Shown in pieces: positions 58,077-64,000 of a stretch of 64,000 nt of DNA. The notes under the pieces are model-generated. The model saw only the letters and a list, made by a program, of their open reading frames with translations. It was not told the origin of the DNA and ran no database searches. Made by a program: the position numbers and the translations under genes. The DNA comes from Promethearchaeota archaeon (GTDB taxonomy: Archaea > Asgardarchaeota > Heimdallarchaeia > Hodarchaeales > Hodarchaeaceae). The stretch spans positions 1-64,000 of the forward strand of contig JBHLMN010000003.1 in assembly GCA_048938105.1 (NCBI GenBank), written 5' to 3'. The number at the start of each line of letters is the position of its first letter. Position 1 is the first letter of the stretch.

Positions 58077-61000
58077 TTAGTTTAATTTGTTTTCAGACTT
58101 CTGAGGGGAGTCTACACGTGAGTTCTTAAGTGTTAATATAGATTTTCTGGATTCTTCGTATGGGCTTGGGATAAATCTATGACTTTGATTATGAAATTGC
58201 ACTATTTGATACATTATTAATAATAAGAAAAAACTAATTTCAAAAACTGATAATATTAAGAAAATCACAGGATTAAGAGCTAAATGTGAAAAGGGAGAAA
58301 CCTCACTAAAAAGAAAAGAAGTAGATTCTGTAATCGCTTTAGATGGGGTTTGAAAAAGGAAAAATAAAGATATTTGTATTAAAGCATGAATCAAGATCAG
58401 TCCAATGAATTTAATCTGTCCTCTTGACCCAATTTTTCTCACCCAAATGATTTGCTGGCTGAAATCTAGGCTTGGACTGATCCCACGAAAGACAAGAAAA
58501 CTCCACATTTTCTGAAGGAGGATGACTTCTACGCCTATGATTGCTAAAGAAAGTAGAAAGTAGAATAAAAAAAAAGAGGTACTATAAGATAAACTGATAA
58601 TCATAAGTGAAAAAGGAGCAATAACAGTTATAAGAAGAGCTAACAAAGAAAACGGAGTAACCAAGCAAATAAATGCCCCAAAAATGCCCCAAATGAAACT
58701 TTTTATCAGATGAAGTATTAAATTGTCTGGGAGAGAGTCGTAGGCAAAATAATAAGTAATAGGACTAATAATAGCCAAACCAAGAATGAATAGAAAAGGA
58801 TTAATAAGAAGAAAAGTATCTGGATAGTTTTCTCCGAAATAGAGCCTAATCGGTAAGACATATAGAGATATTCTCCAAAAAAAGTCAAAAGGATTCAATC
58901 CACGAATAATAATATAACCATCGAATAAGTAATTAAAAGTAATTACTACCATTAGCATTAGAAATATGGCTTGAATTTGATGATTATGATCCTTTATAAA
59001 TTTCCACAACGAAGTAGAGGGTGAGGATAAAGCCATTTTCATTTCTTCAGGAATTGTGAGTGATTTCTTATGAAAATTGTCAATATGTAATATGGTATCG
59101 AGTTTTTTCTGATAAAGGTAATATGAATGTGGATGGGATGGTTTTTCGATATATTGACGTCTGATGGGTCGCCCAGAAATAGTGTTAACAACATTTTTCC
59201 TACTAGAACGATATGAAACTACAATTGTACTGATTATTGTAACCAAAAAAGAAAAAAGAACCCACATGGCAATTCTTTCAAGTGGAAACTCAACACTTAC
59301 TGGGATAGAGAGACTTATATACCAAGCCAATAAAACTGCTCCGAATAAGCCATCAAGCGTGCCAATAAAAAGACCTGTTAAACCTAGAGCGATCGATTCT
59401 GACATAAAAATATTAAATACTCCCCGCTTGTTCAATCCTAATGCACGCATAATACCTATTTCTCGTTCCATACGTAAAGTAGAAACAAGAATACATATGA
59501 ATTGAGCTATCGCCGCTAGGATAAATGATTCGATAAATAAGATTTGGAAAATTGCAGATTGGAAACTTAAACTTCTTTCAATTGCTTGTGCATAGAAGTC
59601 TATTGCAGTGACTTCTTTGAATTGAGGAAAATTATGTTCAATCATTGCTTGAGCAGAACTGACATCTCCATCTACATCACACAGAAACCACTTAGCAAGA
59701 GTTGAATTAAAGAATTCTTGGAACCGTTGAGTAGAGATATAGAGGTACTCACCATTCCCAAGAAATACATTTGATTTAATCACAGCAGCGATTGTTACGT
59801 TGACAGTTCTATTATCAGCAGCTTTAATTGTGACATTTGAACCAATGGGCGTAAGAAGCTTTTGAAAAAGAAGGTTTGACACTAATCCATATGTTTTATT
59901 TGTAGAATAGCTCCCCTGCTTCTCATAAAGGAAAAGGAAAGAAGAATAAGTGTAATTATACATTGGTTGAATGGTTTTCTCTGCAAAATATGCGTACCTA
60001 AGAGGATCTACTCCATAAACATAACTAGCAACTCCTTGAACCTCCGTACGCTCTTCTTGGATGAATGATGACTTAAGTATAGGTATACTCCCATCTAGTG
60101 TGTTTGTAAGATTAATGTCTGGGAGTTGACCATCTCTAGCTTCCGCAACTAAATCAATTTTTCCCCACTGTTCCTGAAAATAAACAGGAACAGCTGAAAT
60201 AGCTGCTGCTGACACTAATCCTACAACAATAATAAATGTAAGTGCTAACGCAGAAGTCACAATTGTAAGAAGTGATTTCTGGAATTCTCTTGCAATATTT
60301 CGCATTGAGATAGTTCGTGTAATAACCCCGAAAATGGGGGCAAGGAATTTAAACGCTATTCTCGGTAAGAAGATAAGAATGCCGATCTCTACTAATAAAG
60401 TCCCGAGAAAGATTAATAATACTACAAGAAAGTGTATAGATAAAATCTCAAAGTCAAGAAAGCGAGTAGGGCCAACAAATAATTGTAATATTAAGCCTGT
60501 GAGTGCAAGAAGACCCCCCATGAGTACATTATACTTCCAATATGTAACGAAATTAATAGACGACTTTCCACTCCTCATACGTGAATGAATGTTTTGTACT
60601 ACAGGCATCGAAAGAGCAATAAAAATTGGATACAAACCAGAAATTAAAGATACAATGATTCCAGAAGAAAATGTCGCAAAGAGGGAAGTAGGATGCAAAG
60701 AAAGAGTCTTCACCTTCAAAGTTGGATAGAAATACTGCATTCTCCAAATGAGTAAGATAGCAAACCCGATACCAAAAATCATTCCAAACGAACTTCCAAT
60801 AAGAGAATAAATCAAAATCTCTATCGTAATAGCGATGATGAGCTGCCTAGAATCAGTCCCCACAGATCGAAGTACTCCGATCTCTTTTGAGCGATCACGA
60901 ATCGTTATGGCCAGGATGTTTGTTATAAAAAGAAACTCAACAACGAATGAAGCAAGAATCACTAGGTTCATAGCTGTTTGATATGCACGGATTCCAGATG

Positions 61001-61829
61001 CATCAATGTCAGATATTACTTTTTCAGCCCAAACATAAAATTCGATACCAAGGGTATCTTCTATTTTTTCACTTATTTTTTGAATATTTAGCAGATCCGC
61101 AACAGAAACATCAATTTTGGGCCTTAATATATTCGGTTTTTCAGCGTTTGGGACAATATCAAATAATGTCTCAATATTGATCAAGATGAAAAGGTAACCG
61201 ATATTATTCCCGAAAAATGAAGGATCGTTAATAAGCCCACTTATTCTGAATGTTCTCGATTCCAGATCTACATTAAAATCCCTAGTGTCAATTGAATCAC
61301 CAACTCGTAAACCAGAAGCGAAAGAAAGCCATTGAGAAACAATGACATTGTTACCAGAAAGTAAAGGTTCACCCTTGGTAATATTAAGCTTGGAAAAGTC
61401 AGGATGAGTTTTGGGATCAATGCCATAAATCAAAATGCTAGTATTTGGAAACTCATCCATAATAATTTGATCAAAGGGAAGATGATAAACAGGACTTGCT
61501 TTAGTGACACCTGCGACAGAATTGACATCGTTCGCAATTGCACGTAAAGAGGATAAACCAGTCCACTTCTTCGGAATGACCGAGATGTCAGTATAATTTT
61601 GGTTTCGATTATTAAATATAAAATCATCGTATAATGTATCCACTGAAACAACAATACCTGTTTCTAAAGCGATTGTCAAAAATATACCAATAATTAACAG
61701 TGTACTACGATACTCTGATCGTGTGACATTTATTTTTGCTAATCTAAAAGAAAAACCTAGTTGTCTTAATCTAGTTCCAAGTGTGTTACTTAGAAACAGT
61801 CTTAGAGACGACACATGTGTTCTTTTCAT
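58077..61829 (-). CDS. FtsX/MacB-like ABC permease with an extra C-terminal multi-TM domain
   Basis: RSKEIGVLRSVG and REIGIMRALG FtsX motifs; ~350 additional, mostly hydrophobic residues. Confidence 0.85.
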   Translation of the reverse strand: MKRTHVSSLRLFLSNTLGTRLRQLGFSFRLAKINVTRSEYRSTLLIIGIFLTIALETGIVVSVDTLYDDFIFNNRNQNYTDISVIPKKWTGLSSLRAIANDVNSVAGVTKASPVYHLPFDQIIMDEFPNTSILIYGIDPKTHPDFSKLNITKGEPLLSGNNVIVSQWLSFASGLRVGDSIDTRDFNVDLESRTFRISGLINDPSFFGNNIGYLFILINIETLFDIVPNAEKPNILRPKIDVSVADLLNIQKISEKIEDTLGIEFYVWAEKVISDIDASGIRAYQTAMNLVILASFVVEFLFITNILAITIRDRSKEIGVLRSVGTDSRQLIIAITIEILIYSLIGSSFGMIFGIGFAILLIWRMQYFYPTLKVKTLSLHPTSLFATFSSGIIVSLISGLYPIFIALSMPVVQNIHSRMRSGKSSINFVTYWKYNVLMGGLLALTGLILQLFVGPTRFLDFEILSIHFLVVLLIFLGTLLVEIGILIFLPRIAFKFLAPIFGVITRTISMRNIAREFQKSLLTIVTSALALTFIIVVGLVSAAAISAVPVYFQEQWGKIDLVAEARDGQLPDINLTNTLDGSIPILKSSFIQEERTEVQGVASYVYGVDPLRYAYFAEKTIQPMYNYTYSSFLFLYEKQGSYSTNKTYGLVSNLLFQKLLTPIGSNVTIKAADNRTVNVTIAAVIKSNVFLGNGEYLYISTQRFQEFFNSTLAKWFLCDVDGDVSSAQAMIEHNFPQFKEVTAIDFYAQAIERSLSFQSAIFQILFIESFILAAIAQFICILVSTLRMEREIGIMRALGLNKRGVFNIFMSESIALGLTGLFIGTLDGLFGAVLLAWYISLSIPVSVEFPLERIAMWVLFSFLVTIISTIVVSYRSSRKNVVNTISGRPIRRQYIEKPSHPHSYYLYQKKLDTILHIDNFHKKSLTIPEEMKMALSSPSTSLWKFIKDHNHQIQAIFLMLMVVITFNYLFDGYIIIRGLNPFDFFWRISLYVLPIRLYFGENYPDTFLLINPFLFILGLAIISPITYYFAYDSLPDNLILHLIKSFIWGIFGAFICLVTPFSLLALLITVIAPFSLMIISLSYSTSFFLFYFLLSLAIIGVEVILLQKMWSFLVFRGISPSLDFSQQIIWVRKIGSRGQIKFIGLILIHALIQISLFFLFQTPSKAITESTSFLFSEVSPFSHLALNPVIFLILSVFEISFFLLLIMYQIVQFHNQSHRFIPSPYEESRKSILTLKNSRVDSPQKSENKLN

Positions 61830-62582
61830 TAGTGATAGTTCACTCTCAGATGGACAATATAATTGTTAATACTTCTCGAGAGACAATTTTAAAACTTTCT
61901 TAAGGTGCATTCGAAACTCTCAATAGTTTCTTATCTTTTAACGACTTTTTACCTCCTAGAGTCATGATTAACTTGGATATTTGTTGAGGAGAAATTTAGG
62001 GTCATTATACACCAAATTAAAACTTTTAAAAGATTTAAAGATAGAAACTGTAAAAGCAAATTCTTTACTTGATTTTGGGACACATTTAATCTAAGAATCT
62101 TTTGATTAAGAGAATTATGATAAATTTGGTTTCTTTTAATTAAGCTATTACTAAAAAACGGAGAGGAAAGATAGTAAAGAATTTATTACAGATAATCTCC
62201 TTAAAGTAACTGATATATTAACAAAAAAAATGTAATTACTAAAAAACTGTATTAGACAAGAGAGATGTCTTTTCACTAAAACTCTTCCGTTCCACCGTTG
62301 TATTGTGAATCAGTAGAGGATCAATATAAAGAAAAGAATTGGTATTATTAATGAAATAAGAAGAATCCTCGAGTTCAATTCGGTTAATTATAAAAACCTG
62401 TGAATTATAATAACAAGAATACAAGTTGACTCTCTAAAGAGTCTTCTTATAAAAACATCAAAACAAGAAACCCGTCATTAAATCCTAATTTAAAAATAAC
62501 TCTAGAGAATTTATTCGTAAGTTAAATATCCCCCGAGGAAGGTTTATTTAAAATGTATGAACTAGAAGTATTGCGTACGTAT

Positions 62583-64000
62583 ATGAAAAATGCTAAAATT
62601 ACTCCCCGAAGAATATTACAAGTCTCTTTTGGAATTATAATATTGCTGATTGTTGCTAGCAACTCAATATCCGCGGTAGCTTATCGATCGGAAATAAGTC
62701 AAGCTGTGGAAGAACAATCACAGAGGTTAATCTATACCTATTCACCTGATGACCGTATTGGAATTCTATATGGAGGAAATGATCCAGTCATCGCAGGAAC
62801 AGCGGTCTCACTATTTACCTCATTACGAATTGTCTATACCTCCATTGATCTAATACCAGTCTCTAGTTTGGATGAAATTGAAGAACTTTCATTATTTCAG
62901 TATAATATTCTCATCTATGTCTTTGAGAGCTCAACAGATGGAGTAATTATAGGAGAAACAGTCACTTGGAAGGATTTTGTTACATTCCTAACGGCTCATC
63001 CAGAACTTGACCATGTCCTCGGCATGGGAAATACCAACAACTTGTACCGATACTTACCCGTATCCCAAACAAATGTCTGGATAGAGGGTTCAGATGTTCT
63101 AGATGCAGAACTAGTGTATTTGTGGTGCATCTGGTCTGTAGCTGATATTTTAGAGACTAAAAATTCAGAATATTCGGAATACCATAAAGCAGGTATTAAT
63201 ATCCGTAAATTAAGCCTAAAGTGGTTTGCTGATAATATTGGTTCCATTGTGGAGCGGAATTTATCCCCAAAAGATCCAATGGGCGAGGAGGATCTAAAGC
63301 TTAAGCAAGAAAAATATGATAAAATGAAAGAAAGATTTCCAGCAGAGATAAAACCAAAGTTTGATATTCGTGAATTACCAGAAGAAAATAGGCCTGCTAT
63401 GTACATTAAGAAATCAACGGAAGAACCTCTAGGAGTGGGAGATCTTTTAATTGGATTACTTCCCCTTGATTCTGGCCTACAAGGACCTATAGGAGGAATT
63501 CTTGATATTTTGTTAGAAATATTCATCGCTATGGTTGGGGATGAGATCCAGATCTCTGAAGACTCTATGGATATGATTGAAACTGCATTCAAAGCGATTG
63601 AAGCTTTATTAGGCTTCTTTGGAGGAGGAGATATTTCTGTTGAATCAGCTCTTCATACATTGTTTGAAATACTTGAAGACATGATACCCTTTTCAGAGGA
63701 TCTGAAACCATATGTCAACCTACTTATTGACGCCATTCCTCTCCTCAGAGGAGATTTCTCCGCGATAAGTGATATTATTGGCCGTTTACTTGACTTGGTG
63801 ATTCCTGAGAGTTGGTCATGGTTTAAGGATCTTATTAAAGAAATACTTGCCCTTTCTGTAGAAGTAATTGATACAATGCACGAAGAAGGAGGGAATTTTC
63901 TCGATACTTTGCTTTCTGTTGTTTGTGAACGATATTTAGACATATTAATAGATAAATTCTTTGAACTCATTGGTGTTGATGTAGGAGAATATATTACTGG
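62583..64000 (+). CDS. Large secreted protein, N-terminal part (runs off window; not in ORF track)
   Basis: ATG at 62583 (alternative 62553); MKNAKITPRRILQVSFGIIILLIVASNSISAVA signal peptide; no stop before 64000. Confidence 0.85.
   Translation, partial: MKNAKITPRRILQVSFGIIILLIVASNSISAVAYRSEISQAVEEQSQRLIYTYSPDDRIGILYGGNDPVIAGTAVSLFTSLRIVYTSIDLIPVSSLDEIEELSLFQYNILIYVFESSTDGVIIGETVTWKDFVTFLTAHPELDHVLGMGNTNNLYRYLPVSQTNVWIEGSDVLDAELVYLWCIWSVADILETKNSEYSEYHKAGINIRKLSLKWFADNIGSIVERNLSPKDPMGEEDLKLKQEKYDKMKERFPAEIKPKFDIRELPEENRPAMYIKKSTEEPLGVGDLLIGLLPLDSGLQGPIGGILDILLEIFIAMVGDEIQISEDSMDMIETAFKAIEALLGFFGGGDISVESALHTLFEILEDMIPFSEDLKPYVNLLIDAIPLLRGDFSAISDIIGRLLDLVIPESWSWFKDLIKEILALSVEVIDTMHEEGGNFLDTLLSVVCERYLDILIDKFFELIGVDVGEYIT

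Noticed and set aside
109-61654. Many short overlapping or antisense ORFs in the track (e.g. 2106, 8589, 19431, 36831, 55760)
   Set aside because: They lie within well-supported genes on another frame or strand and show no motifs.
62239-63970. Minus-strand ORFs 62239-62424, 62996-63592 and 63653-63970
   Set aside because: The last two are antisense shadows of the long + strand gene; the first has no supporting features.
1-64000. CRISPR arrays, tRNA/rRNA, IS elements, integrases
   Set aside because: No repeat-spacer periodicity, GC-rich structured RNA, transposase or integrase motifs seen by eye; a covariance-model search was not possible.

Overview
AT-rich archaeal chromosomal segment, most consistent with an Asgard archaeon (Heimdallarchaeia/Hodarchaeales-like). 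This rests on Rab- and Arf-like small GTPases, longin and roadblock proteins, a DGGGP synthase, DUF35/thiolase and tandem-Lrp regulators, all recognised from motifs rather than database searches. Most of it is housekeeping or transport: an ECF module, a split Opp/Dpp system, two FtsX-type permeases, class II FBP aldolase, hydrolases and ferredoxins. I saw no rRNA, tRNA, CRISPR array or mobile element. The best candidate for a new system lies at 13.7-17.2 kb. An unannotated 52-aa gene (15346-15504; GGAGG RBS, TTG start, T10 tract after the stop) encodes a signal peptide plus an ~11-aa Pro/Gly-rich peptide (DPNGVPPGPKP). It is divergent from a tandem-Lrp regulator and followed by a longin protein and a degenerate PAS-HisKA-HATPase protein, which suggests an archaeal peptide-signalling module. 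Other highlights: a GK5-type glycerol kinase, a catalytically dead endonuclease V homolog with a CTG start, a G3-less Arf-like protein, a Cys-less thiolase, an orphan PglX-like methyltransferase, a circularly permuted OppA, and a large secreted protein running off the right edge that the ORF track missed.
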